64,000 nucleotides of DNA from an uncultured virus (IMG/VR IMGVR_UViG_3300021399_000148) (IMGVR_UViG_3300021399_000148), one strand, 5' to 3'; counted from the first letter of the stretch, positions 11,401-20,829 are shown. Translations and numbers: made by a program. Notes: generated by a model from the sequence alone, not told the origin.

Positions 11401-12442
11401 AATAGAAAATAGACCATATGAATCAATCGAAGACTTCCTTAATAAAGTAAAAGTAAATAAACCACAAATGATTAATCTTATTAAAGCTGGAGCATTTGAC
11501 AACATTTATAAAGATCATGATCGAATAGAAGTTATGGAAGATTATATTGATTTAATTGCAGATAAGAAGAAAAGAATTACTTTACAAAATATGAAAATGT
11601 TAATTGATTTTAATTTAATTCCAAGTAAATACGATTTTCAGTGTAAAGTTTATAATTTTAATAAGTATTTAAAAAAATTCAAAATGGATAGTTATTATCA
11701 ATTAAATCAAATAGCTTTCAATTTTTATGAAAAAAGTTTTGACTTAGATTTATTAATTCCATATCAAAAGGATGAAATAGTTTTTATAATTAAGCAAACT
11801 GACTGGGATAAAATTTATAAAAAACAAATGGATATTATTCGACCATATATAAAAGAAAATAATGAACAAATACTTGAAGCTGTAAACAATAGACTTCGTC
11901 AAGATATTTGGGATAAATATTGCGGCGGTACAATCAGTCAGTGGGAAATGGACGCAGTGTCATGTTATATTCATGACCACGAATTAAAAAATCTTAAAAG
12001 AGCATTTTATGGTCTTTCTGATTATAAAAATTTATCTGAAGAACCGGAAGTTAACTACGAGTTTAAATCAAAACAAACTGGTCAAAAGATTCCCCTTTTT
12101 AAAATACATCGTATTGCCGGAACAGTTTTAGACAGAGATAAGGCAAAGAAAAGTATAACACTTCTTACAACTAGTGGAGTTGTGACGGTAAAAATTTTTG
12201 GGGATGCCTTTACTCATTATGATAAACAAATTTCAGAGCGCGGAGCTGATGGAAAGAAACATGTGGTTGAAAAATCTTGGTTTACTCGTGGTAATAAAAT
12301 TATTGTAACAGGGATTAGACGTGGCGATAATTTCATTGGTAAAAAATATAAAAACACTCCTTTTCATTTAGTAGAATTGATTACCAACATAAATGAAAAA
12401 GGATATATTGAAACTGAAAAAGAAAGACAGGAGGGGATTTAA
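8423..12442 (+). CDS. dnaE: DNA polymerase III alpha subunit (family C)
   Basis: PHP domain (HAHTDHS, TEHD, TTDSHY), GRGSG, DVDID, HAGG, KYDIL, YGFNLSH. Confidence 0.95.
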   Translation: MDKIRYPGSLHAHTDHSNFRLRDSINTVESLIDYSIELGHEVVAITEHDTIASAVRAEKYYNKIKKDNPNFRVLFGNEIYLVRNGLTSQNFNKDFDRYYHFILIAKDAIGHQQIREISTRAWMRSWVARRMRRVPTYYQDLIDIIGANPGHVIGSTACLGGCLPTQLMRLRDTGAPSMDKIKIWIEQMQKIFGKEDFYFEMQPSKNKDQIYVNNELIKLSDELGIKYIITTDSHYLKKEDRPIHKAFLNAQQGDREVDDFYATTYQMSDEEIRSYMEDEIGEEVLQKAYQNIIEIKNKCEDFTLMKPLKIPRLNWKEIDKNKEPDAFGYEEIFNQIPMLWTFCESPYESDRHLTKVIVEAINKDESLRNKQAYDEINACLEDTWVSSEVNGSRWSAYFLNLQNIIDVCWDAGTLVGAGRGSGVGFILLYLLGITQINPLREKAPTFRWRFLNPERVSVLDVDIDIEGGRRAEVLNKFREVYGEDRVANVLTLKTEKSKSAILTAARGLGIDVDTAQYLASFIEADRGQLRTLHQTFYGDPDNGISASKQFRIEMEENYPELWKVAQGIEGLINGMGIHAGGVIFVDEPFTNSTALMRAPSGEIITQFDLHDAEDTGLIKYDILSIEALDKIHNCIDLICEYGYETRELTLKKTYEKIVGVYNLKRTEPKMWEMCWNHEVMSLFQMEKQSGIQGIAVMKPTSVDDLAILNSAIRLMATEKGGEMPVNKLARFKAHPSDWDYELQKYGLGAEAKKILEPVLNISYGLCIAQEQFMQLVQLPELGGFNLTWADKLRKSIAKKNPAEYEKLTEDYFKEIKERGCDEKLCKYVWNVLIAMSKGYGFNLSHTLAYSIIGLQELNLAYRYPLILWNCACLISDSGGNEKEETERENEEDSREDNWEAFDDISMGVFQDDISENEEEEEDISNTPSKKKTSKVNYGKIATAIGKMKSEGVSIVATDINKSNFTFAPDIENNSIIYGLSGITKVGTDVVHEIIENRPYESIEDFLNKVKVNKPQMINLIKAGAFDNIYKDHDRIEVMEDYIDLIADKKKRITLQNMKMLIDFNLIPSKYDFQCKVYNFNKYLKKFKMDSYYQLNQIAFNFYEKSFDLDLLIPYQKDEIVFIIKQTDWDKIYKKQMDIIRPYIKENNEQILEAVNNRLRQDIWDKYCGGTISQWEMDAVSCYIHDHELKNLKRAFYGLSDYKNLSEEPEVNYEFKSKQTGQKIPLFKIHRIAGTVLDRDKAKKSITLLTTSGVVTVKIFGDAFTHYDKQISERGADGKKHVVEKSWFTRGNKIIVTGIRRGDNFIGKKYKNTPFHLVELITNINEKGYIETEKERQEGI

Positions 12443-12516
12443 TGAAAGATACTTTAGAAATGATTGTACTCGTTATAATAATATCTTTTTTAGTATTATT
12501 GGTGGTCATGAGGTAA
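12442..12516 (+). CDS. 24-aa hydrophobic peptide
   Basis: TAATG coupling to dnaE, SD GGAGG, MKDTLEMIVLVIIISFLVLLVVMR. Confidence 0.4.
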   Translation: MKDTLEMIVLVIIISFLVLLVVMR

Positions 12517-12520
12517 AATA

Positions 12521-13633
12521 ATGAGTTATGGTCTATATGACGGAGACTTAAAACTATATCCCCACACCCCTTTCTTTAATTTAGAACTAATGAAATTATC
12601 TACTTACTATAAGAATAAACTTGAAATAGTTAGTTTTTCACCCGATTTTAATCCAAGAATGTATACGCATTTTTTAGTACGCCAAGACTTTTTAAATAAT
12701 TATGTATACCCGCCGCATCCAAATGTTGAATACGGCGGGCGCGCCTTCCAAGGTAATAAATATATACCATTACCGCAAGAAATTGAACGATGTAGACCAG
12801 ATAATGAATTATATAATAAATTATATAGAAAAGATTTTAGTTTAGCAGAAAGAGCAGCATTTAATACCATGAGGCGCGCAGAGCATGTAAGATTATCTTT
12901 AGATGGAAAAACAATTTGGAAAGATTGGCAAAAACAAATTAGATATGACGATAAAAATTGGGGAATAATTATACATGATTATAATATTGGTCAGATTGAT
13001 GGAGCGTATCAAGCTATAAAAGATAATCTAAATGATATAGTTAAAAATTCACGGGCGCGCAGAGTTGGAATGAAGTTTCCTGTAATTGTGGATAATGAAA
13101 AGAACTTTTGTGATTGGTTTAATTTGCCAAGTATAGGGCAATACTTTAATCTTCAATATGATGGTATAATTACTAAAGATGTTATTCCTGAAATAGTTGA
13201 CAATTATGTCAAAGGTAGGGGAAAGCAAGTTACAATAAATGTTACAAAAAATACATCTTACGATGATTTTATTAATCATAAAATAAACATCATACTCAAA
13301 ACTATATTAGAATTGCGAAGTTATGGAATAGTTTTTCCACTTATATATGATAAGGATTTTTTCGCAAATTCTCAATGGTTGGATGTTATGAAGATGATTC
13401 AAGGTTTTAACCATCATATTCTTGATACTGGTATAAGGCGTGCAAACTATTTTGCTAAGCGCGCGCCCTATGAAAGTTTATTTAGCTACTATAATTCTAT
13501 ACTTAAAAACGCAGAGAGACGTCATGAAGATGCTGAAAGGAGACAAAAGTTAATTAATATTTTCCAATTCGTGCGAGAAAATAACTATGAATTATTTAAA
13601 CTATTTTATGAGACACAGGAGTATAAGAGATGA
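12521..13633 (+). CDS. Hypothetical protein, N-terminus resembling phage radical-SAM-associated family
   Basis: GLYDGD...FNLELMKLSTYYK...YGG motif; no CxxxCxxC. Confidence 0.45.
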   Translation: MSYGLYDGDLKLYPHTPFFNLELMKLSTYYKNKLEIVSFSPDFNPRMYTHFLVRQDFLNNYVYPPHPNVEYGGRAFQGNKYIPLPQEIERCRPDNELYNKLYRKDFSLAERAAFNTMRRAEHVRLSLDGKTIWKDWQKQIRYDDKNWGIIIHDYNIGQIDGAYQAIKDNLNDIVKNSRARRVGMKFPVIVDNEKNFCDWFNLPSIGQYFNLQYDGIITKDVIPEIVDNYVKGRGKQVTINVTKNTSYDDFINHKINIILKTILELRSYGIVFPLIYDKDFFANSQWLDVMKMIQGFNHHILDTGIRRANYFAKRAPYESLFSYYNSILKNAERRHEDAERRQKLINIFQFVRENNYELFKLFYETQEYKR

Positions 13634-13824
13634 ATAAAGAAGAGATAAGAAATAAAATTCTCTTTAATGAGCAAAAAATTCAAAAACTATTAGACCCATC
13701 AACTTTCATTCTACAACCAGAAGTAGTGAAATTAATGGAAGAAAATGAATATTTGAAATCTATTTGTGCTCATGAATTTGAGAATGGAGTATGTGTAATT
13801 TGCGGAAAAACCAAAGACTCTTAA
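13630..13824 (+). CDS. Small Zn-finger protein
   Basis: CAHEF...CVICG; coupled to upstream gene. Confidence 0.6.
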   Translation: MNKEEIRNKILFNEQKIQKLLDPSTFILQPEVVKLMEENEYLKSICAHEFENGVCVICGKTKDS

Positions 13825-13854
13825 ACTATTTATATATTTAGAGGAGGTTTATTA

Positions 13855-16053
13855 ATGCAATACATTAGAAAAAGAGACGGCCGCATAGTTGAATTTAATA
13901 AGAATAAAATTATCAATGCAATTATAAATGCTTTTAAAGAAGTAGATGGAGAAATAACTCCATATGCTTTAGATAAAGCAAATAAAATTGCAGAATATGT
14001 ACAAAAACAAAATAGTGGTAATATTCTTACTGTTGAACAAATTCAAGACCTTGTTGAAAAAGGATTGATGTCAACGCGTAGAAAAGATGTCGCAAGACGT
14101 TATATAATTTATAGAGAAGAACGCAATAAAATTCGCAATTGGAACACACAAATGATGGATAAGGTTGCTATTAAATTAGCTGCTTCTGATGTACAAAACC
14201 AAAATGCGAATGTAGATGAGTATTCTTTTGGCGGACGTAGAGGTGAAGCCGATGCAGTTATTTTTAAACAATATGCTCTTGATAATTTAATGAGCGAGAC
14301 TTCACGAGAAAATCATTTGAATAATGAAATTTATATTCATGATTTAGATAGTTATGCCTTAGGTATGCATAATTGCTTATCAGTTCCATTTGATAAATTA
14401 CTTGCTGAAGGTTTTAATACTAGACAAACAGATGTTCGTCCTGCTAACAGCATTAATACTGCTTTTCAATTGGTGGCAGTTATCTTTCAGCTTCAGTCAC
14501 TTATGCAATTTGGTGGAGTAAGTGCTACACATCTTGATTGGACGATGGTTCCTTATGTAAGGAAAAGTTTTTATAGACATTTCAAAGATGGATTACATTA
14601 TATAGAAGATCCAGTAGGTGATAAGTATTTATCTGAAATAAATCCAGAAATGTCCATCGATGACGATAAATATAAAGAACCATATCACTATGCATATAGA
14701 TATGCTATGGATATGACAATAAGAGAAACTCAACAAGCTGTTGAAGGAATGTATCATAATCTTAATACCCTTCAATCCCGCAGTGGTAACCAGCTGCCTT
14801 TCACCTCAATCAATTATGGAACTTGTACTCTTCCGGAGGGCCGCATGGTGATTGAAGCACTTCTTGAGGGTTCAATTAAGGGCGTTGGTAAATTACATAA
14901 AACAGCGATTTTCCCATGCGGAATTTTTCAATATATGAAAGGAGTTAACAGTGATCCAGGAGATCCCAATTACGATTTGTATAGACTCGCGCTCGAGTCT
15001 ACCGCAAAAAGATTGTACCCAAACTATGCAAACGTTGACTGGAGTGGCAACGCTGGATATGATAGAAGTGACCCCAGAACATATTTTAGCACAATGGGTT
15101 GCAGAACTGCAAATGGAGCCGATATTAACGCCGAGCCTGGGGTCAACCCTCAGACTAAAGATGGACGTGGAAACATTGCGCCCGTAACAATTATTCTACC
15201 AACACTTGCGATGGAAACTGGCAATGTAGAAGATTTCATGGAACTTCTTGATATTAAAATTCATGAAGCTAAAGATATGCTTATTGAACGATATGAATAT
15301 ATTTGTTCACAAGATGCTTCAGCCGCTAAGTTCATGTATGAAAATGGAACAATGATTGGATATAAACCAGAAGAAGGCATACGTTCTGCGCTTAAACATG
15401 GAACAATTGTAATTGGTCAATTAGGTCTTGCAGAATGTTTACAAATTCTTATCGGATGTGATCATACAGAAGAAAAAGGAATGGAACTGGCTAAGCGAAT
15501 TGAACAATTATTCAAAGATAGATGTGCTGAATTTAAACAACAGTATAAACTTAACTTTGGTGTATACTATACTCCAGCAGAAAATCTTTGTTACACCGCT
15601 ATGAAAAAATTCAAGGAAGACTTCGGAGAGATTCCAAACGTAAGTGATAAAGATTACTTCACTAATTCAATGCACGTACCAGTATGGAAAGAAATTTCTC
15701 CATTTGATAAAATTGATATTGAATCTCAGTTAACTGGCTATTCGAGTGCTGGTTGTATTACTTACGTTGAATTAGAAGGCGCGGTATTAAAAAATCTTGA
15801 TGCGCTAGAGCAAATTGTGAATTACGCAATGGATAAAGATGTTCCTTATTTTGCCATAAATGTTCCGAACGATACTTGTATGAATTGTGGATGGACAGGA
15901 GAAATTACTAATGAGTGTCCTGAGTGCGGTTCAACAGATATACAAAGATTGAGAAGAGTAACAGGATATTTAACTGGAGATTATAAAACAGCTTTTAATA
16001 TAGGTAAACAACATGAAGTCGAAGATAGATATAAGCACAGCAATAAGTTGTAA
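13855..16053 (+). CDS. nrdD: Anaerobic (class III) ribonucleoside-triphosphate reductase
   Basis: ATP cone KRDGR, IHDLD, HNC, MGCRT, TPAEN, CxxC-CxxC, RRVTGYL glycyl-radical motif. Confidence 0.95.
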   Translation: MQYIRKRDGRIVEFNKNKIINAIINAFKEVDGEITPYALDKANKIAEYVQKQNSGNILTVEQIQDLVEKGLMSTRRKDVARRYIIYREERNKIRNWNTQMMDKVAIKLAASDVQNQNANVDEYSFGGRRGEADAVIFKQYALDNLMSETSRENHLNNEIYIHDLDSYALGMHNCLSVPFDKLLAEGFNTRQTDVRPANSINTAFQLVAVIFQLQSLMQFGGVSATHLDWTMVPYVRKSFYRHFKDGLHYIEDPVGDKYLSEINPEMSIDDDKYKEPYHYAYRYAMDMTIRETQQAVEGMYHNLNTLQSRSGNQLPFTSINYGTCTLPEGRMVIEALLEGSIKGVGKLHKTAIFPCGIFQYMKGVNSDPGDPNYDLYRLALESTAKRLYPNYANVDWSGNAGYDRSDPRTYFSTMGCRTANGADINAEPGVNPQTKDGRGNIAPVTIILPTLAMETGNVEDFMELLDIKIHEAKDMLIERYEYICSQDASAAKFMYENGTMIGYKPEEGIRSALKHGTIVIGQLGLAECLQILIGCDHTEEKGMELAKRIEQLFKDRCAEFKQQYKLNFGVYYTPAENLCYTAMKKFKEDFGEIPNVSDKDYFTNSMHVPVWKEISPFDKIDIESQLTGYSSAGCITYVELEGAVLKNLDALEQIVNYAMDKDVPYFAINVPNDTCMNCGWTGEITNECPECGSTDIQRLRRVTGYLTGDYKTAFNIGKQHEVEDRYKHSNKL

Positions 16054-16585
16054 CTCAATAATAGCAGGATTATTAATCGGTTTGGGTGTTATTATTAACA
16101 CCCAAATCCAACCTCCAATTTTAGGAGCGTTACTATTTAGTTTTGGATTATTGACAATAATTCAGTTAGAATTGCCACTTTTCACTGGAAAAGTTGGGTT
16201 TTTAGGAGAACATCTATTTCAAATATTACTTTTTAATTTTATAGGAATTAGTATTGCTTTTTATCTCTACTGTCTAAGTAATCCAGAATATTATAATATA
16301 CTACACGACGCGGCCGCCATGAAGTTTTCCAAAACTTATATTCAAATGTTATTTGGCGGTATATTCTGTGGAATACTGATACATTTTGCCGTTAAATGTA
16401 AGACTTCTTATCTAACAGCAATGGCAGTGATAATTTTCATCCTTATCGGCGCGGAACACTGTGTAGCAGATTTTCCCTATTTATTAGTTTGCTTTAACGT
16501 ATACAACCTTATAAAACTTTTATTAGTAATAGTAGGAAATTCAATTGGAGCAATAATTTTGGAAGGAATGATAACGAATGAGTAA
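16013..16585 (+). CDS. Formate/nitrite transporter (FNT) family protein, compact
   Basis: AGLLIGLG, LFSFGL, LFTG, EHCVAD signatures; about 6 TM segments; start uncertain (overlaps nrdD). Confidence 0.8.
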   Translation: MKSKIDISTAISCNSIIAGLLIGLGVIINTQIQPPILGALLFSFGLLTIIQLELPLFTGKVGFLGEHLFQILLFNFIGISIAFYLYCLSNPEYYNILHDAAAMKFSKTYIQMLFGGIFCGILIHFAVKCKTSYLTAMAVIIFILIGAEHCVADFPYLLVCFNVYNLIKLLLVIVGNSIGAIILEGMITNE

Positions 16586-17081
16586 TTACAATACGATAAT
16601 TTCAAATGATGTAGCAAATGGAGAAGGAGTTTGTGTAAGTTTCTTTGTTCAAGGCTGCCCGCATCATTGTGTGGGATGTTTTAATGAAGAGACTTGGGAT
16701 TTTGAAAAAGGCACACCCTATACAGATCACACGAAATGGGAAATTATAGAAGCGATAGGAGCTAATGGAATACAAAGAAACTTCTCCGTACTTGGCGGCG
16801 AGCCGTTAGTTCCACGGAATTTAAATATGACTTGGGAAGTTATTGATGCAGTACGGCATGCTTATCCTAATATTAAGATTTTTCTTTGGACAGGATACAC
16901 TTTTGAAGAATTGATGTTAAGTGAGAACCCTCTTATAAAAAATATTCTTGATAATATAGATGTACTGATTGACGGCCCTTTCGATGAAGAAAAAAAAGAC
17001 CTGTCATTAAAATTAAGGGGCAGTTCTAATCAAAATGTATATATAAAAAATGATAATACATGGGAGAGGAGTAATGGATGA
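16578..17081 (+). CDS. nrdG: Anaerobic RNR activating enzyme
   Basis: NGEG, GCPHHCVGCFN, LGGEP, DVLIDGPF, RGSSNQ. Confidence 0.95.
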   Translation: MSNYNTIISNDVANGEGVCVSFFVQGCPHHCVGCFNEETWDFEKGTPYTDHTKWEIIEAIGANGIQRNFSVLGGEPLVPRNLNMTWEVIDAVRHAYPNIKIFLWTGYTFEELMLSENPLIKNILDNIDVLIDGPFDEEKKDLSLKLRGSSNQNVYIKNDNTWERSNG

Positions 17082-17289
17082 ACTTTATATTGATTTAGAA
17101 TTTTTAAGGAAGATGTGTAAAAAACTCAAAAAAGAAAAGATTGATAAGGTTTCTTTCACTTTTTTAATAGGGAGTTGTTTTCCAGACATTTTAGAAAACA
17201 TTGAAAAAGAAATGCGTAGACAATTTACTTTAGGTTATATTGAAGGACAAAAGGAGGGTAACAATGATCAGCAACTGGGCGTTAGTTAA
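17074..17289 (+). CDS. Hypothetical protein
   Basis: SD GAGGAG before ATG 17074; overlaps nrdG stop. Confidence 0.55.
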   Translation: MDELYIDLEFLRKMCKKLKKEKIDKVSFTFLIGSCFPDILENIEKEMRRQFTLGYIEGQKEGNNDQQLGVS

Positions 17290-17590
17290 TATTTTTTTGG
17301 CTTTTGCATCCGGAATTATAGCAATTGTCTCTCTTTGTAAACAGAAGGATACAGACCTAAGAGAAGATTTAAGAAAAAGAGTTAGACTTATAAAAAGTCT
17401 TGCTATAGAAGTGGGAGTTGGTGCTTGTTTGGTATGTCTCTTTAGTAAGCACGAAGTTCCGCAGTTTATATTGGTAGATCAATGGACAATTGTTCTATTT
17501 TTACTATTTGTGGGTGAGATTATGGCAGCCTATTTTATAGATAGAAGAAGTCATAATGCAAAAACTGAACTTATAGGAGGAAAAAAATGA
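17264..17590 (+). CDS. Membrane protein (3 TM)
   Basis: SD AAGGAGG before ATG 17264; three hydrophobic segments. Confidence 0.6.
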   Translation: MISNWALVNIFLAFASGIIAIVSLCKQKDTDLREDLRKRVRLIKSLAIEVGVGACLVCLFSKHEVPQFILVDQWTIVLFLLFVGEIMAAYFIDRRSHNAKTELIGGKK

Positions 17591-17997
17591 ATACAGTAGC
17601 TTTAATTATTATGGTATCAATTGTTGTAGAAGGATTAATAGAATATGCTAAAACAATTGAAAAAGCAGTAGTCGCATATGGTTATAAAACCGCAATTACC
17701 CAAGGTTTAACATTAATTCTTGGAATTGGAATGGCCTTTGTTTTCCATTTAGAACTATTTAATGGAGCAATGAGTGAATTCTATGGAGGAATCTCTATTA
17801 ACCCATATGTTGATATGGTTTTAACTGGTATTCTTTTAAGCAGAGGTTCTAACTACGTTAGTGATTTAATCTCAAAACTACAAAAACCAAATGCTTTTGA
17901 CTTATTAAAAGATTTCGATTATTTGGATGAGCCTGAAGCGGAATATGATGATGTTATAGAAGAAGAAGAAACAGAAGAACCAGAAGAAGAAGAATAA
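17587..17997 (+). CDS. Holin-like membrane protein with acidic tail
   Basis: VEGLIEYAK...LTGILLSRGSNYVSDLI pattern typical of a clostridial phage holin-like family. Confidence 0.55.
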   Translation: MNTVALIIMVSIVVEGLIEYAKTIEKAVVAYGYKTAITQGLTLILGIGMAFVFHLELFNGAMSEFYGGISINPYVDMVLTGILLSRGSNYVSDLISKLQKPNAFDLLKDFDYLDEPEAEYDDVIEEEETEEPEEEE

Positions 17998-18004
17998 GAT
18001 TATT

Positions 18005-18030
18005 AAACGTCGGAGAAATCCGACGTTTTA
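18005..18030 (+). terminator. Intrinsic terminator
   Basis: AAACGTCGGA-GAAA-TCCGACGTTTT. Confidence 0.75.
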
Positions 18031-18034
18031 AATT

Positions 18035-18063
18035 TTGACAAAAAATTTTTTTTATGATATAAT
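18035..18063 (+). promoter_or_regulatory. sigmaA-type promoter
   Basis: TTGACA-17-TATAAT, extended -10 TG. Confidence 0.85.
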
Positions 18064-18098
18064 ATATATAGAAGATAAGAAAGGAGATATAAAAAAAG

Positions 18099-18938
18099 AT
18101 GAGATTTGCAGAAACTAAAGTCTTCAATTTTGAAGGGGCTTTTAGAGGTATGAGAAATCCCCTTAATTCTTGGGATAAGTCTGATAGTTACTTTGGATTA
18201 ATGGACTTAAGATACCCAACTGATCAACATGAGGAAGTAATTGATTGTTGGATAACTCAAGAGCTAAACAGACGAAACCATCCAATTGAATTGTATAATG
18301 GTGAGTGGGAAGAATTATATAGTCGATACGCAGAATGGCTATCAAGTAATGAAATGCTTGATCTGGACTGGGATTTAGCAATTGTTGCTGCATTAGGACC
18401 AAACGATTTGGCCCTCGCGCAAAAGCTCGTACTCGCAGGAGACGAACATGCGAAATTCATGAGACAAATTTTTGTTTGTGTAGATATTACTGCACCAATA
18501 TATTGGTGGAAGGAAATGGACACTTACAAAATTGGAACGGTAGCAAATTCAACTTCAACAATGCATAAATTGGCAACAACGCCAATTTCTTTAGAGTGTT
18601 TTGAAGTGGAAGACTATGAACCAAGATTGCAGCTAATCGATCCGACAATGTTAGACGTAAGAGTAGATTCTTTCTTAAGTGATTTAGAACAACTTAGACA
18701 GTCATACTTGCAAACTAAAGATAAACGGTATTGGAAAGAGTTAGTACGTTGGCTTCCAGAATCGTGGCTTCAGACTCGTACAATGACAATGTCATATGCA
18801 AATTTAAGAAATATATATTTCCAAAGAAAAAATCATAAACTAACAGAATGGCATACTTTTTGTAATTGGATAAAAGGTTTACCATATAGTGGAGAATTAA
18901 TTGCTTTAGAGGAGAAAGAAACAAATGAGACTAATTAA
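18099..18938 (+). CDS. ThyX-like (FAD-dependent thymidylate synthase fold) protein
   Basis: HAKFMRQI.V.VDITAP.YWWKEMDTY...NSTSTMH...LP.S.LQTR pattern; nucleotide metabolism context. Confidence 0.55.
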   Translation: MRFAETKVFNFEGAFRGMRNPLNSWDKSDSYFGLMDLRYPTDQHEEVIDCWITQELNRRNHPIELYNGEWEELYSRYAEWLSSNEMLDLDWDLAIVAALGPNDLALAQKLVLAGDEHAKFMRQIFVCVDITAPIYWWKEMDTYKIGTVANSTSTMHKLATTPISLECFEVEDYEPRLQLIDPTMLDVRVDSFLSDLEQLRQSYLQTKDKRYWKELVRWLPESWLQTRTMTMSYANLRNIYFQRKNHKLTEWHTFCNWIKGLPYSGELIALEEKETNETN

Positions 18939-19146
18939 AAGAACAGAAGAATACGTAGTCGATACTGAAGAAGAAGCTATCCAGGCAATTCAAAACTTTA
19001 GAGAAGATGCTGAGGAACACGGACATACGGTCGGCGCGAGTGGCTATACATATAAGACAAAGAAAGCCAAAGGAGAAATTATTGGAGAACAGTATTTGAT
19101 TAAAGTAACTAGAATACTTGGAGGAATTTGGGACGATTATGAATAA
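18925..19146 (+). CDS. Hypothetical protein
   Basis: SD GAGGAG; coupled within operon. Confidence 0.6.
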   Translation: MRLIKRTEEYVVDTEEEAIQAIQNFREDAEEHGHTVGASGYTYKTKKAKGEIIGEQYLIKVTRILGGIWDDYE

Positions 19147-20086
19147 AGAAGATTTAACTTTAATTGAGACAAAACCTCAAGAAGAAGAACAAAAACAAGA
19201 AAACCAAAATTCTGCCGCAATTGAACTCAGCTTTGAACAACTGCAAGAATTTTATGAACAAAATCCTGAAGCAGTAGAATTACTTGGCGGCCTTGATATA
19301 TTTGAATCGTTATTGAATGTACCAGACGAACAGTTTGAAACATTAGAGCCTTCTTTTTTACAAATCTTTACCGAAGTTTTAAATGAGAAAGAAGCTAAGA
19401 ATGAAATTTTAGCTATTTTAAATTCATCAGAATATGATGAATATAAATTACAGCAGGACTTTGCTTTAATGAGCGAGGCGATTGATGAGATTGACTTTTT
19501 AAGTGAAAGAAAAAAAGATTTTCTCAAAAAGATTACTGCCATGTCTGCCAATAAAATGGAAGAACTTAGTAATCAAATAGTAAAAGTAATTCAAATTCCA
19601 TGCGAGATGGAAGATGGGGTTTTACCTCCGGTATATGCGCACGAAACAGATGCGGGAATGGACATTTATTCACCAGCCGAATATACAATCGCGCCCGGTG
19701 AAACTGTTATCATTCCAACTGGTATTAAATGTGCTATACCCGAAGGATATGCTTTACTCATTCAGCCTCGTAGCGGTCAAAGTGTCAAGACAAAATTACG
19801 TATTGCTAATACACCAGGACTTATCGATTCTGGATATAGAGACACTATTGGAGTCATCGTAGAAAACATCGAGCCACCTTTTAAAGACATCGATTATGAA
19901 TTTGATGATAATGGAGAAATTCATATCAAATCCATCCTTCATGGAAATTCATATACAATCGCGGCGGGTCAAAAATTTGCACAAATGAGACTTGTACAAG
20001 TACCACATGCTCAATTCATGCCAGTTGAGTCAGTTGGTGAAATAGGAGATAATCGCGGCGGCGGCTTCGGTTCTACAGGAATGTGA
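19139..20086 (+). CDS. dut: Trimeric dUTPase with long acidic N-terminal extension
   Basis: Motifs AGMDI, PRSG, GLIDSGYR, FAQM, RGGGGFGSTG in C-terminal half; start probably ATG 19139. Confidence 0.9.
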   Translation: MNKEDLTLIETKPQEEEQKQENQNSAAIELSFEQLQEFYEQNPEAVELLGGLDIFESLLNVPDEQFETLEPSFLQIFTEVLNEKEAKNEILAILNSSEYDEYKLQQDFALMSEAIDEIDFLSERKKDFLKKITAMSANKMEELSNQIVKVIQIPCEMEDGVLPPVYAHETDAGMDIYSPAEYTIAPGETVIIPTGIKCAIPEGYALLIQPRSGQSVKTKLRIANTPGLIDSGYRDTIGVIVENIEPPFKDIDYEFDDNGEIHIKSILHGNSYTIAAGQKFAQMRLVQVPHAQFMPVESVGEIGDNRGGGFGSTGM

Positions 20087-20814
20087 GTAAATTAAAAATA
20101 GATGATATACGAAAGGCGGCGATAGAACAAGGATGGACTCTTATTTCAGAAGAGTATAAAAATCTGAATACGCCAATGAGTTTCGAATGTGAAGAAAAAC
20201 ATAAAATATATTTACCATATAAAGACATTCGAAATAAATGGGAGTGTCCAATTTGTAAACAAAATAAATATTATAATTTCAATAGCGATTTACCTAGAAA
20301 AAGAAAAGAAATTCAGCGCACTCTTGGACTAGACCAGGCTACTCATATTACGGGATATTCAATTTTTGATGGAGCAGAATTAATATATGCAGGGACTTTT
20401 GAAACAACAGAAGGAGATGAAATAGAAAGAGATAATCAAGTAAAAAACTGGTTGGCTCAATTGATAGTAAGCGCAAAAATTGATGTCGTTGGTTTGGAGG
20501 GAATACAGTTACAACAATTTAATAATAAGATGATTGGTGTAACAACTTATCAAACCCTTGCGCGCCTTCAAGGTATTTTAATGTCTTTATGCGCCGAGTT
20601 AAATGTAAGTTATGTGGTTTGCCCGCCCGCAACGTGGAGAGCACATTGTGGAGTGAAGGGCCGCAGTCGTGCGGATAAGAAAAAATCAATGCAGAATAAA
20701 ATTAAAGAGTGGTTTGATATAACGGTATCAGACGATGTTGCAGATGCTATTGGAATAGGAAAATATGTTAATGAAACCCACAAGAAAAAAATAGAAATTT
20801 TTAATTGGGAGTAA
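20083..20814 (+). CDS. RuvC-like Holliday junction resolvase with N-terminal Zn ribbon
   Basis: LGLDQAT..TGY, VGLEGI, DDVADAIGIG; C..H...CPIC. Confidence 0.75.
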   Translation: MSKLKIDDIRKAAIEQGWTLISEEYKNLNTPMSFECEEKHKIYLPYKDIRNKWECPICKQNKYYNFNSDLPRKRKEIQRTLGLDQATHITGYSIFDGAELIYAGTFETTEGDEIERDNQVKNWLAQLIVSAKIDVVGLEGIQLQQFNNKMIGVTTYQTLARLQGILMSLCAELNVSYVVCPPATWRAHCGVKGRSRADKKKSMQNKIKEWFDITVSDDVADAIGIGKYVNETHKKKIEIFNWE

Positions 20815-20829
20815 AAAGGAGGATATTAA

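Noticed and set aside
8423..16053. Inteins or introns in dnaE/nrdD
   Set aside because: No C...HN splice motifs or homing-endonuclease inserts; ORFs continuous
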